A DNA stretch of 64,000 bases from Geosiphon pyriformis uo1 (Eukaryota > Fungi > Glomeromycota): contig JAAOMT010000480.1 in the NCBI GenBank assembly GCA_016748015.1, positions 620,001-684,000 on the forward strand. The letters are read 5' to 3'. Below are positions 37,408 through 50,700 of this stretch, in pieces. How positions within the stretch are numbered: position 1 is the first letter of the stretch; each line of letters begins with the position of its first letter. A program made the translations under genes and the position numbers. Under the pieces are notes generated by a model. It did not search any database. It saw nothing but the letters and a program-made list of their open reading frames with translations, and was not told the origin of the DNA.

Positions 37408-40400
37408 CTAAGCATCTATATAAACTAAAACCAAGTTATCTATACTTAAAAAAAACAAACAAAGTTTATAAAATCTGAAACTAATACCAAAAGCTTCAGC
37501 AACACCCAAAAATTTAATCATATTAGCCAAAATCACCAAAAAAAGCTCAGTTATTAAGATTGGAATAGACTCATTATATAGAATCAATCTATTTTTTTCT
37601 ATAAAAATCTGGTGTTTAGTACGAGCCAACCAGATTTTATCCCAGAATACAAGGCAGAATTTGCACACAAAATCCACAATTTTTTGGTTTGCAATCTTAA
37701 AATCTTTAAAAACAGAAAAAAACTTATGGTATCAACCATTGAAAACAAAATCTTTATATAGAGCCACATATATTGTAATGTCAGAAACACAGAAAGACAA
37801 CAACTACAACATACATAAAGAAAAATAAGAAAGACCAAAAAGCATTTTCTAATTAATCATATAAGTGTTTAGTAATTAAGCATGAGCAACAAGATTAAAT
37901 AAGCAAGAAAAAGCATGGTTCAAGACCTTAACATCTCCACAAAACAAACATATTATACTGGGATAATATCTGTTATACAAATGCTTACAAACAGCAACAG
38001 AGAGTTGGTAATATAAAGTCTTTATAAAATATGTGTGAGTATTAGTAGTACATCTATTAATAAAACTAGTGGCCAAGTCGAAATCAAAATGCCACATTGA
38101 TAATAATCTAAACCAATTAACATCTACATACAGATTGTTTGCTACAACCCAAGAACCAAAACCAACCTTTCAGCATGTACAATAAATAGAATGGAAAACA
38201 TCACAAACAAAATATCTAGAATTACCAAAAACAATGCTACTACTAGCCTTGATATAACACTCTTTAATCTAATAAGAGAGGTACCAACCAGAAAGAGAAA
38301 CAGCTTTTATAAATACATTGGCATGTTTATTGCTCAAAACATCTAAATAATCTTTTATTTTATGCCAGCTGACATCCAAATTTTTTTCATGAATAATGTT
38401 TACAATTTGATAATATTTAACTCAACATTTGTTCTAAAAGTCTGAACACATCAAACCCAATTCTGATTTGCAAGCATCTAAAGCAGTCTGGCTGTTTAAA
38501 AAAAGTTGAATTGAACTTGAAGAAAGAACACATTTGAGCACCAGCAAAATAGCCTGCAACTTTGTTATAGTAAAAAACACCAAACCAGAAATCTTAACAC
38601 CTAAACCAAAATTAATATTTTCAAAAAAAACAGCCACATCAGCTCTTATGTTAATAGTCTCCAAACTACACAAAAATTCATCTGTGTAGACAGAAAGACA
38701 ACTGGCATTAACACTCAATAAACAATTACAGATAACTCTAAATTCACAAGAACCAAGAATATTTGATGAGCCAATGTTTTCTAAAAAAGAAAAACAAACA
38801 GAAAGAAAAGCCACACCATTAAGAAAACAAACTAAAAGCTTGAACCAATTGGGAATTGGGTCATGTGGGTCTAATTTCTTTCACTTTTTGAATGTCTTTC
38901 AATTAAAAACTGTACCAATGTAGTTGCAAAGTAGGTCTACAAAAGCAATTTCATACTGCTAAAGTAAAAAGATACACTTAAAGTATATTGACTCACCAAG
39001 AACAAGCAATACAGAAATACTATTCCAAAACAAAAAACATTGATCATAAGACCATCCAAAGACAGATTATATTCTAGAAAAATATGAATTATACCAGCCA
39101 AGAAATTATTTGATAGATTAATATTAATACAAGCCAAAAAAAGCAAAAGGTGGTGTAGATACCAGTTAAGAATCTGCAAGTCATGTAATCTATGTACAAA
39201 AAAACAAACCAAAACTCCAAAAAAAATTGTAAAACAAATAATAAAAGCCAACTTGTTTTCTGCCTAAATCTCTTGAAAGTTTTTAAACTATATAAAAAAG
39301 GGTAGTGTATTGTATCATTAGAAAAATCAAGTGGCAGACCAGATTTGGACTTTAAGCCTTTGCAAATCAGAGTGTCTTATTTATTATACACACTAATAGA
39401 AATAAAACTGAATTAAATTTTGTAGCTAATAATAGAATAAAAAACTGTTAACACCAAATATGAAAACTGCTTATTAGAAATTGCTTTCTTCAAAACAAAA
39501 TTGGCAAAAAACAAAACATTCAAATGTGCTTTGGCTAAGTTAAACTTTGACAAACCTTTAGAAAATAAAAAAATACCCAGATAGTGATGAGATTCTCCTT
39601 TTTTGGCAACAAAAATAGGTATGTTACTGACAAATAAAGATAGATTTACAACCTTATAGTTAATAAAGATGGCTATTGTTTTATTATTATTTATAAAAAT
39701 ATTATTAATCCTAAAAAATACATTAGTAACACTGAGAATGTGCTGTGTAACAGCCTGACTACTACCAACTCAGATTGTATCATTAATAAAAACATTAATG
39801 GCAAGAAAAGAGGTCAGTCTAGCCTAAGATTCTATTTAGCAGTTTTGGCAACATAATAAAAATTCAACCTATAACTATATATACTCTCTTGTCTCATGAT
39901 TTTACATAAAAATAAATCATAAAATATATACCAAAGAAGAGATAAGAAGACTTTTTCTTGATTCAACTTATTGTGAATCTGATAATCATTAGTTAAACCA
40001 AAATTAGTTATAATTTTGTTAATTTGATTATTGTGAATACTACCAAAAAATCTAATAAACCTGTTATATATTTTGATCCTAATTAAACTCTTTTTGAGAT
40101 GTTCCCATCCAACAAAATCATAAGTCTTATACATGTCTTATAAAACCAGTCACAGTTCACAGTTCTTTTTTAAGACATCTTTTATTATTAAACCAATAGC
40201 AAAAACAGAAGATTGTGTTATTGTATTTTTTAGAACAGAAAAATTATCTCTATAGAGAACATTAAAAGTGCTGTAAGTCAAAGAAATCCTATCTGAAAGA
40301 ATTTTGGAAAAAATCTTACAAACTGTTTTAATCAAAGCAATAGATTAGATATTTGTAAAAATGTTTTTCCACTTATATGATTTGGGAATTATTAAAATTC

Positions 40401-42092
40401 AAGTCTCTTTCCAAGAACCAAGCACTGATTTACAAGTCAAATAAAAGTTTAAAAGCATTAAAACTATATCTAAAACAAACTTATTACAATGCTTTCATAA
40501 TTTATTCAAGATGCCAGAAAAACTGGCAGCCTTCCTATTAAGCAGAGTTGAAATCACATTAAACATTTTAGTAAAACTAACCAAACACATTATATTTGAA
40601 AAAACATTATCAAAAACATAATCCAAAAGTTGATACTAACAAAACCAATCATTAGAAAGATCTGTAACCACTTTATGCTTCTGAGTCCAGTCTTTCATAA
40701 TTACATCTACTTTAGACTTAACAAAATTAGGCTTCAGAATCAGCTTATTGTTAATAATCAGATAGTCTAATACTATTTTGTAAAAGGGCCACTTTAATAT
40801 ACTCCTAATAATATAGTCTTTATTTACTACAAAATTCTCCATTCTTTTATTAATAATTGATCTGATTTGAGATTCTCTAGCATGCTCTAATTCTAGCAAT
40901 TTAGAGGAATAATAAAACTTTCTAACCTTAGCCAAAACAGATCTAACATTATTAAAATAAAATCTTAAAAAGAAAAAAAATTTACTACAGAAGCATTAAC
41001 AGCATCAAAACTTTTCCATTTAATCAGCAATGATGCAAACTTATTATAAAAAACTAGTTAAGAGGCCTTAACAATCTTAGACACCAGAAGTTCTAGTTTG
41101 TAAAACCTCGATGACTTTTTAGTAAAGACATTATTGTAGTTCTTGAACTATTTCTTTTTGAAAACTCTTTCAGTTAACAGATATATCATCTTGTAAATAA
41201 TATTTCACATCATGTTCAAATTCAAAAACTTCTTAGACTTTGTAAAATCATCAGAAAACATAGCAGTATTTGCCACCAAAGCTTCCTTGAACTTAGCTTA
41301 TTTAATATCATTCACATCTTTAAAATTGAACTTTCAATGATTTCTATTTGCATGTTTGTAAAAAGAGTTCAATTGCACATTCAATAATTCTCCCAGACCC
41401 ACTAACACAGAAACAGTTTAATGATCAGTATTAAAATAGTCACTAATATTCAATATATTATAACAAATCACTGTACTAACTAAGTTTGAGAATACAAATA
41501 TGTAATTAATAGTTTTTTCAGTATCCCTTAAAATTTTTCATGTGGGATTCTTTGCAACTGAACTACTTAACAAAGAATTGACCAAATCCAGATTGAGACA
41601 TTTCCTAAAACTAGCACATCTGTCTGAACTATCTTCATTAAAATTTCTATTCAAGATAACAAAAAAAGATTTACCCACAGCTTCTGTAATTAAAAAGTTG
41701 ACATTACTAACTTGAAATAGACACACATTTAGAGCAGCACCAGCATAAAGTCCCAAAATTGAAATGGATAACTTATTTTTGAAAAGCAGTTTAATTGACA
41801 AAAATCTATCAGCAATTTTTGAAATTTTGTACACATGTTTTGTCAAATCAACATTTATTATAACAACAACACTAAAGCCCAAATGACCAGATTCCAAACC
41901 AGAAGTAAAAACACAAATACCATTAAACTTGTTTATAATCCATAGATAAATCTTATCTTTCAATTTTATTTTAGTAATAATAGAAACCAAATTGTTTATT
42001 TTATTGTGCCAACAGATAATATTCTTTTGCTTAGCAGGATTGTTTATTCCTTTAATATTACATATGGCAATTTTTCACATTAGACTACTTAT
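37408..42092 (-). pseudogene. LINE C ORF2: AP endonuclease, reverse transcriptase, RNase H, C-terminal CCHC
   Basis: APE (KIAICNIKGIN; TKLK; RNFNED), RT (LIKTVCKIFSKIL; DMYKTYDFVGW; FINDTI), RNase H (VYTDEF; TKLQAI; FLNSQTAL) and CLFCGDVKVLNHAFSC. Confidence 0.9.
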
Positions 42093-43321
42093 TAAGAAGA
42101 AGTTTAAAGAAGCACACCATCAGCCAAAACCAAATTATCAAAGCAAATTGACAAGCAAAGAACTGAAACAGAGAAATCATCCAACATATTTTCCAATTTA
42201 ATTATTTCAGAGAGGACAAATGAGCCCAAAATTACAGCAGTTTTATCACTAATAGTTTTATCCAAGCTTTTTCTCATTATTACATCACTCATTTAATTCT
42301 GTAATGGAAAGGTCACTGGCAGCTGATATTTAGGGTTAGGCTAAGAAACTGCTAGCACAAGTGATTTTAATCTCTTAGCCAACTTACTTATTTGTCTTAC
42401 AAGACTAGTAAAACTGCTCTCAATATTAACCAAACATAATTCCAACTTATTAGCAATAGACAAAAAGGGTTTTATCTTTGAAGAGAAACCAGAATTAGTT
42501 AAACTATTTTGCACAGGTAAAGAGGAGAAAAAAAATTTACCAGCAATACTTGCTTATAAAGCACCACCAAAAGTGACCAGTTAAACAACAGAAATCGAAT
42601 GTTTGGCATAAATAGTGATCAGTCTGCTTTTATCTGTTTTTGAAAAGGCTTGATGTGATAAAGTACCAGAAAGAAATTTCGCACCAACTGTACAGTCTAA
42701 AGATATATAATCTGAATTCTTATATTTAGAACACTTAGCAGAAACCAGACAAGACCAGCACAGATTAGCACTCCTAAGTACTAGAGTAGTTTCTATAACA
42801 GCATCTAATAACTCAACAGAATTGAAACAAACAGTAGCATATTTGGCTCAAGCATATAAAATCTAATAATGATCAATGACACATGTTTTCTTATCAACAG
42901 AATTAATAAAATCTCATATGTTATAAGTATTAGTTTCTATTGGCAGAATATAAAGCAATATTCTATAACAATCTTTTGTGTTTCATGTTTTCTTGTTCAA
43001 GTCAGTTCTGGTAATTTACACAGTATTTTTTTTAATTAAAATAGACTATTTGGCTGCGACCAAATTAACATGATTTGAATGCTCAAATTTAACCACAGCC
43101 TTTTGTCAAAGTTCTATCAACTGTATTTTGATTGACATAGTTATCTCAAACTCAGACAACACAGTACACACAGTTTTAGCCAAAGTTCCAACTGGAATTT
43201 TTTTTACTACTACAGCCCAATCTGAATGCCCAGCATATTTTTTGAAATTGGTGTTTACCAAAATTTTCACACTAGTAGTCTTTTCAAAAGCCTGCACTAA
43301 ACTCGATTCAGAAGTAAATGT
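42089..43321 (-). pseudogene. LINE C ORF1, 3' part
   Basis: Fragments 43106-43297 and 42104-42292, plus a degenerate zinc knuckle (CSKYKNSDYISLDC) at ~42690-42735. Confidence 0.8.
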
Positions 43322-44192
43322 TGTTACTCATAAAATATAAGAAGTATATTAGCATATAAATTAGCCAATTAGAAGTAGCTGTAGTAAATGTGGAATTCCA
43401 GAATTTCTCTTAAAGGAATTGTAGAATTTCAAGAATTTCAGGATTCTTGTACAAAGAATTGCAGAATTCCAGAATTTCAGGATTTTTTTCAAAGAAATTA
43501 CAGAATTTCAGAAATTTCAGAATTCCTGGTATGAAGAATTGAGAAATTAAGAAATCTCAATTATGTATATATAATGATAGTATTAAAAGTAAAAAAAACA
43601 GACTTTTTCATTTAGATTTGATCTAAGCAACCTTCTACATTACAAATATTAATAAATAATTATTTGATATCTCAATTCACTCTTCACTATCAACACTTCA
43701 TGTTAATAATCTTGAATACTTAACCACACTGGAACAATAGTTCTTGATCACAGTTATTGATAGAATACTAACTATTATTGCCTTGGCTTATTTTTTTATT
43801 TTTTTTTATTTTTTATTTTTATTTTTTTTGTTGTATTAACTAATTAAAAGATTAAAGTGCTGAGTTATTAATGTCATGGATAGCTTGGTAAAAAACCCAG
43901 AGATAAGAGTAGAATTATATATATATTAACAGATAGCTTACTAAAAAGGCATGACTGCCAGATTAAACCTGTCATCATGTTGAAGACAAAAATTGGGAAA
44001 ACAACTTGAGAAATCAACCAAAACCAATCATAGTAAATTTTTGTCTATTATACAAAAAACTTGACTCAAAACCTTCAGATTACAAAAACCTTCAGATACC
44101 AACAACTTTCAGAGATTACCAAATATTATTCATTGAACACCAAGTTATGAGTTTGTTATTTGATTTGAGACTCCAAATAATCATTTGTAACA
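43322..44192 (+). repeat. E2 5' LTR (871 bp)
   Basis: TGTTAC...GTAACA; direct repeat of 62414-63307. Confidence 0.96.
43392..43555 (+). repeat. Tandem array in LTR-B: 8-9-bp GAATT(C/T)CAG units in ~39-bp higher-order repeats
   Basis: GGAATTCCAGAATTTC...GAATTGTAGAATTTCAAGAATTTCAGGATTC...; a second copy lies at ~62485-62675. Confidence 0.85.
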
Positions 44193-44194
44193 TT

Positions 44195-44211
44195 TGGTGC
44201 TCCCTATGAGG
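44195..44211 (+). promoter_or_regulatory. E2 primer-binding site
   Basis: TGGTGCTCCCTATGAGG lies 2 nt after the LTR. TGG is complementary to tRNA CCA. TGGTGCTC fits Ile(UAU)- or elongator-Met-type acceptor stems; the identity is not established. Confidence 0.85.
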
Positions 44212-46075
44212 TATAATCCAACAAAAAAACCAGCACCACAACACTTATCCAAAACAGTGACAGAATCCAAAGAAACAGAGACAAACCATTTGAAATTTGC
44301 AAAATTTTTATTCTAATATTATCACACCCACTTTGGATTAACAAATAATAATTGGCCAACAGAATCAGCTTTCAATTGTTATGTTAATGAAAAAATTGTA
44401 TATTACTTGAGAAGCCAAAAAGATCCAAAATCTGCCTTTAATAACTTTTTCAGTGAACTACTCTAAAGTACCACTCTTTCACAAAACTACTTATTTGTAC
44501 TTCTAATTACAGAAATAAACTGAAAAATTGAAAAATACACCAAGCAAAAATTCCCTATTACTTTTGCCAACAAAGAAAAAGGAAGGTTACAAACACTAGC
44601 AGAAACACCAAAGCAAATTCAATTATTCACTTAAAAGAAAAAAAGATTTTATTCATCTGCTAATTCATTATACCACTATATACCTAGAAGTATTATCAAT
44701 ATAATAAGCATGAATACAGCAAGTGGGACAGCACTATTAAACAGAATTCTGTTTCAAAGTAAACAAAAAAAAGCAGAGTTATTAGAAACATATGGAGATT
44801 ATTTTGAAAAATTTAAATCGCAATCCCTAATGCCATCAGGAATTTGATTACCACCACTACAACCAAATTTTGAAGTCATTAGTCCTTAAAAAATAACCAA
44901 CTCTGAGAAAGAGAAGAGTAGTAATCAGGAAATTAGCAAACAAAACCCAATCCTAGAAAATTCAGAAATTAAAACTTCAGTTAATCAAACTCCAAAAAAT
45001 CAGAATGATCAAAACCCCAATAGTATTACTCAGAAAAACTTACCTTCAGTAATTGTGATCAATCCACCTCCAGCTCCACCAATTAACAAACAACAACAAC
45101 AACAGTTACAACAACCACCCCAGCAGCAACTACAATAACAACCACAACAATAACAACAACTATTATTAATACTAATAGCATATGGACCTATTGCCAAAAT
45201 CGAGAAATTTACCAGCGAGGAAGACAACACCCAAGTATGGCTCAACAATATAGAAAAAGCCATTGTAGTTAATGGTTGAAATGATAACAGAGCCCTTCAA
45301 GCAATCCCTTATTTCTTACAAGATACTGTTGACTCATGGTATCAAAGTTTAGCCACCAAATCTCAAATGTTCCAGAAATTTAAAATTGCATTTTTGGAAT
45401 ATTTCAGTAATAATAACAGTATTAATCACCTAGCTAATGCATTTACCACAATTAAACAGAAAGAAACTGAAGCAGTCACTACTTACCTAGGATGCTTTTA
45501 CAGGAACTTGTGCCAAATCTAAGCCATCAACACCAATTATTTTACCATAGCCCAAATCTTGAATCAATTCATTCATAGATTACACAGCAACATTCTATAA
45601 TAAATACGTCCATTATATTCAGCCAACTTTTAAGCAGCAGTTATCCAAGCTAGAGATTTTGAAGCAGCTGAACTTAAAGCCAATTATGCCCAAGCTGTAA
45701 ATTTAGTAATAAACAGATCATCTGAATTGGATTCCAAATTAAAACAACTCAATAATTTAATTAATCAGAAATTAGAAAGATACTTAGCTGACAATCGTGT
45801 AATTTATCAGCCACCTCAATAACACAATAATTCTGGAAACATAAATTGTTTCCAAAATTAGTCGCATCCTGTTTTATCATTCAATCAGCTGTGACAACAG
45901 GAAATACATGCTTGCCACTATTGTGGTAGACAAGAACACTTGCAAATCAACTGCTGCCAACATTTAAATAACCAACAATCAGGAAATCAATATCAAAACT
46001 CCAATCGCCAGTCTCAAACTCCAAATTATCAATCAAACTCAGCTTCATATCAACCAACTTACCTGTCACTAACAC
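44206..46075 (+). pseudogene. E2 gag, 5' part (capsid-like domain and CCHC zinc knuckle)
   Basis: IAKIEKFTSEEDNTQVWLNNIEKAIVVNG, AIPYFLQDTVDSWY, IKQKETEAVTTYLGCF and CHYCGRQEHLQINC (~45910-45955). Start approximate. Confidence 0.85.
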
Positions 46076-47048
46076 TGTTACCAGAGGTTTTTGGTCTCTT
46101 TTCTTAAATGTTGTTAATGTTGATTTGCTGTAAATTCACGTTTTCAGAAAGTAGTTGGATCTTCAATAACTGAATTTATTTTTAAATTATCTCTTATAAT
46201 TTAAACTGCTGGACTTATAAGTGGAATGACCAATTCTGTGCCAGTTACTTTGTGTAGTTACATTGTAGTAAATGTCAACTCTTTCCCAGGAATTGCTTAT
46301 TTGGAAGCTCACTAAAAATGTGTAATTACTTTGTTGTGAAAATTAACTCTTCTACAAAAATCTTGTCTGTAGGCTAGCCTAATAATTATGATAAAAAAAG
46401 AAAAAAAAAAGAAAAAAAATGTAAAAAAAATAGAATTTTATCAAGAGAAACATTTTCTATTCAGGCCTGGAGTCACTAACAGATTACTGAAATTGGAAGC
46501 TAATTAATTTTAAAAACATTAGTTGTGTTGAGAAAATTTTAAAAGCAATAATCAAAGGTTTTGGTTTTCGAATATTTAATTTTTATTTGAATATATAAAA
46601 AGGTAATTTGTTTTAATTAAGATATCTAAAGTGAGATATTCTGTTAAAATACTATGAGAAAATACATTTTTTTAAAGAGAGAAGCTTTTTTTTTATACAA
46701 CTTGTTGTAGTACTAGTCTTTAAACTTGCACTTTTCTCTTTGCTACAATTTGGGTAAACTAATAATACATTTCGGCAACTATAAATTATTTCACTGAACT
46801 ATTTGATTATTTCGGCCAATTTTCATTAATTTCGGCGAATTTTGATTATGTTAAATGGTTCAGAATATTGTGTAATTTGATCATCTTAATTTCTAAAGTA
46901 CAAATTAGATTATTGATTGAATAATGATATTTGATAATTTGATTAAATAATAAGTAATAATTGAAATAATAATAATATATGCTAATTAATAATAGGAATT
47001 ATGAAGGTAATTTTATGCCAATTAATAGTTAAAATTCTACTGATAACA
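46076..47048 (-). repeat. E1 3' LTR
   Basis: Direct repeat of 55017-55989, preceded on the minus strand by the PPT. Confidence 0.96.
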
Positions 47049-47737
47049 TAATCTTCTCCTTAAGACTAAGCTCTATCAAAGTCCAAGCATTATTTGTGAT
47101 GTCAAGATAGTAGTTCAAGATAATTGAAGTGATCTGGTCTGAAAATTGTTAAAATTTCAGTTCTGTAAACTTTCCAATATATTGAATCTTTATTAGATAG
47201 AGTATTGGATTTTGTAGAATGTTTTCACAAGTGTTAAATAAATTATCAAGTCTGACTGCTGCTCTAAGTTTGTAGTGAGTGTTTGTTGGTCCAGCTGCTG
47301 TCTTGAATTCATTGTGGATTTGTTTTTGTATAGTCTTAAGAGTAGTGTTAGTTGTTTCAAGTTTCAGTTTTCGTTTATACAGTGTTTTTCCAATATGAAA
47401 ATATCTATATATGAGAGTATGTTCATTGTTCTGTTTATTAAGAAATAGTAGAAGTTTTTGTTGAATTGTGGCATTTGGTGGAATGTCAATAGGGGCAATT
47501 AAAAGATTTTCTTTCAGTGCTTGCTTCAAAAGTTCAAGTAATCTATTTTCAGAGTTAATCTCTTGTTTTTCTTCTATAAAAATAATAGTTTTGAGAATTA
47601 TTTACTACTGGAGCTGTTGTTTCTTTCTGAATGTAATTAATTTGACTTTTATTAATTGTTATGAATAAATCAGGAAGTGTTTTTAAGGCTAACATTAATT
47701 TTTGGGATATTTGTTGAATATTTCGGGGAATAATCAT
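47029..47737 (-). pseudogene. E1 accessory 3' ORF (~235 aa, unknown function); one frameshift and one CAA>TAA stop
   Basis: ORFs 47555-47737 and 47149-47529. The second frame continues past a TAA through the PPT into the LTR (…TLIELSLKEKIMLSVEF*). Confidence 0.75.
47049..47061 (-). promoter_or_regulatory. E1 polypurine tract
   Basis: AAGGAGAAGATTA lies immediately before the 3' LTR TG. Confidence 0.8.
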
Positions 47738-47949
47738 GATAAAATGACCAACTAACTAATAAATAAAAAGAATAAAAAAAAAATTATTTTTGGATGTGAG
47801 GGTTTTTATTTGTTTTTGGATTTGGGTGTTTCTTGTAATTATTTACTATTTTTGTTTTCTGTTTTTGTGTGTTATTAAAAAAAAAATTATTGTAAGAATA
47901 TGTTAAATTAAATATTCAAGTTTGGTTGTTGTTCTATTATAATTTTTGG

Positions 47950-49293
47950 TTCTAAATTTCAGAGAATATTTTCAGGATTAATTAAAGAAGAATGTGTACC
48001 AATTTGTGGAATTAATGGCTCAGAATTGTTTCTGGAATAATAGTGTTTTAATCTATTTTCATGTGCAACTTTTGCTAGTACTTTGTTATCAAGTCTTAAC
48101 TTGTATAAACTATTGCCTAGAATTTCATGAATATAAAATGGTTCATTTTATTTGTGTTCAAATTTTCTACTCCATTGTTTTTTAGCCTTAGTTCTATATA
48201 AGAGAACTTTATATCCAACTTTAAATTCGTTGGTAACTGGTGGTAATTTGTTGTCATGTCTTTCTTTTTATTGAGCTTGGAAGTGTTCAATATAAGTTGC
48301 TGCTATCTGTCTTTTTCCTTTCAATGTACTAAGAAGAGTGTAGGCTCTACTTTGGAGTGTTTCTTGAAAGTTTTTTTCATTGATTGGTTGTACTAGATAT
48401 GTTTCCACTGTGAAATTAATTGGTAATGTTGCTGTCCTTCCATAAGTTAAATCAAATGGTGTGTGTTTTATAATATCTTGTTTTAGTGTTCTGTATATTA
48501 ATAACACTAATGAAATAAAAATATCCCATTCCTGTTCAAAGTCTGTTGAGACTTTGGCTAAAGATTTATACAATGTTCTGTTGAAACGTTCTACAAGTTC
48601 ATTTGTTTAAGGGTAATAAGGTAATAATAAAGGTCTTTTGACATTGAATTGTTCACAAATTTTTTGTATCAGGTTGTTCACAAAATGTGTTCTTTGATCA
48701 GATAAAAGTTCAATTGGGCATCCATGTCTACAAATAATGTTTTCATAAATAAAATTTGCTACTGATTTTGCATTTGCTCTTTGGATGGCTCTAGTTTTAG
48801 GCTATTTGGTAAGATAATCTATTGCAACTACAATATAATGATTTTCTTGGGTTGTGATAGATAATGGTTCGACTAAATCAATTCCAATTTTGTCAAAAGG
48901 TTGTCCAACTTTGATTGGATTTAAAAGTTCTGTGGGGTGAGTTCTTTCTCTTCTTTGACAACTATCACAAGATTCTACATATTGTCAAATGTTTTTTTGC
49001 ATGTGAGACCAAAAATAATGTTCAAGAGTTCTTTGGATTGTTTTATCTCTTCTCAAGTATGCTGAAGATGGATCTGTGTGCATGTTGTATAGGATTGTTT
49101 CTTTTTTATTTTCCTGTACTAATCTGAATGATTGGTTTGGGTTTCTATAATTTTTGTAATAAATTTTGTTGTAGTGTATAAAATATTGTTTGAATTGGTG
49201 TTGTAATCGATGTTTTTTACTTGGAGACCAATTTTTTGGCATGGTTAGAGTCTCCAAATAGTTTTTAAAATTGTTGTAATTTCTGGAATCCAT
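47950..49293 (-). pseudogene. E1 integrase
   Basis: MHTDPSSAY…CDSCQ (HHCC), PFDKIGIDLV, LSDQRTHF, LVERFNRTL and a GPF-like C-terminal module. Confidence 0.9.
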
Positions 49294-49369
49294 TGTTGTT
49301 TGGTTGTTTTGTTGATAGTAGTAAGTTGTAGTGGATTTGTTGATGGTATTAATCTTATTTTATTCTTAA

Positions 49370-50700
49370 AAGGCTATTAACATTGGTGTGTAGTTTCCCT
49401 GGTTTGTGGTGTATAATATATTTGTAGTCTATTAAGAAGTCATTTCATCGAGACTGTTTGGCACTTTGTTCAGTTTTCTTTTTATTGAGCTATTTGAGAC
49501 CAATATTGTTAGTTATAATGTCAAATTCTTTTCCATTTCTCAAATATTGTTGAAAATGTTTAAGAGCCCAAATAACTATGGCAGCTTCTAGTTTTGTTGA
49601 GCCATATTTGAGTTCTGTTGGCTTAAGTGTTCTACTAGCATAGACAATCACTTGTTTCTGGCTATTTTTATTCAATTGTGATAAGATGACACCAAAAGCT
49701 ATGTGTGAAGCATCAGTAGCTAGTTGGAACTATTTGTTGAAGTCTAGGTAAGCAAAAACTGGGGCTGTTGTCAATCTTGTTTTCAGAGTTTTAAAAGCTT
49801 TTTGTTGTTTTTTTGTCTATTTGTATGGCACATTTTTGTTGGTAAGATAATTGAATGGTTTGGCAATTTTTGAAAATTCTTTAATGAATTTTTGATAATA
49901 AGAGACTAATTCTACAAATCCTTATAGCTCTGTGGTATTTTTGAGAGTTTGAAAGTTTTTGACAACACTGATTGTTCCAGAGTTTGGTTTGACTCCATCT
50001 TTGCTAATTATGTGTTCAAGAAAGATTAAGCTTGTTTTTTCAAAGTAATATTTCTTAATGTTCAACTTCAATCCTGCTTTCTATAATCATTAAAAAACTT
50101 CTCACAGGTGAATAAGATGAACTTCAAAGCTTGATAAGTACACATTAGTGTCATCAAGATAGACAACTACTGACTGCCATAAAAGTTTTTCATATACAAT
50201 ATTCATGAATCACTGAAATGTTACTGGTGTATTGCAGAGTCCAAAAGGCATAACATTGAACTTATAGTTTCCTTCTTGAGTAGTAAATGCTGTTTTAGAT
50301 TGATTTTTTGGATCTATTTCGACTGTCAGTATCCACTTTCCAAGTCTAAAGTTGAGAAAAACTTGGCTTTTCCTAAAGCATCTAGCATGTCATCAATTCT
50401 TGGAAGTAAATAGGCATCTTCAATTGTCATGCTGTTAAGCTGATAATAATCTATGCAGAATCTGATTTTTCCGTTTTTTTTTTAACAAAAACTACTGATG
50501 AGACCCAAGAACTTCTTGATAGTTGAATCAATCTATTACTGAGCATTTTTTGGACTTCTTCTTTAATAAATTGGTGGCTAGCAGGTGGAACTCAATAGAC
50601 TTATTGTCATTTTGGTAGAGCATTTCCTGTGTGGATTTGATGTTGAACAATATCAGTTTTTCCAAGGTTATTGTTGTTTTTTGCAAATATATCTGCAAAT
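49370..50700 (-). pseudogene. E1 reverse transcriptase and RNase H
   Basis: [35 protein letters not shown] (~50147-50167), ATDAS and YASRTL...LEAA. Confidence 0.92.

Noticed and set aside
45030-45263. Cys-rich metallothionein-like ORF
   Set aside because: It is the antisense reading of the (CAA)n poly-Gln tract in E2 gag.
47029-47737. Envelope (env) gene
   Set aside because: Too short, with no evident signal peptide, furin site or transmembrane anchor.
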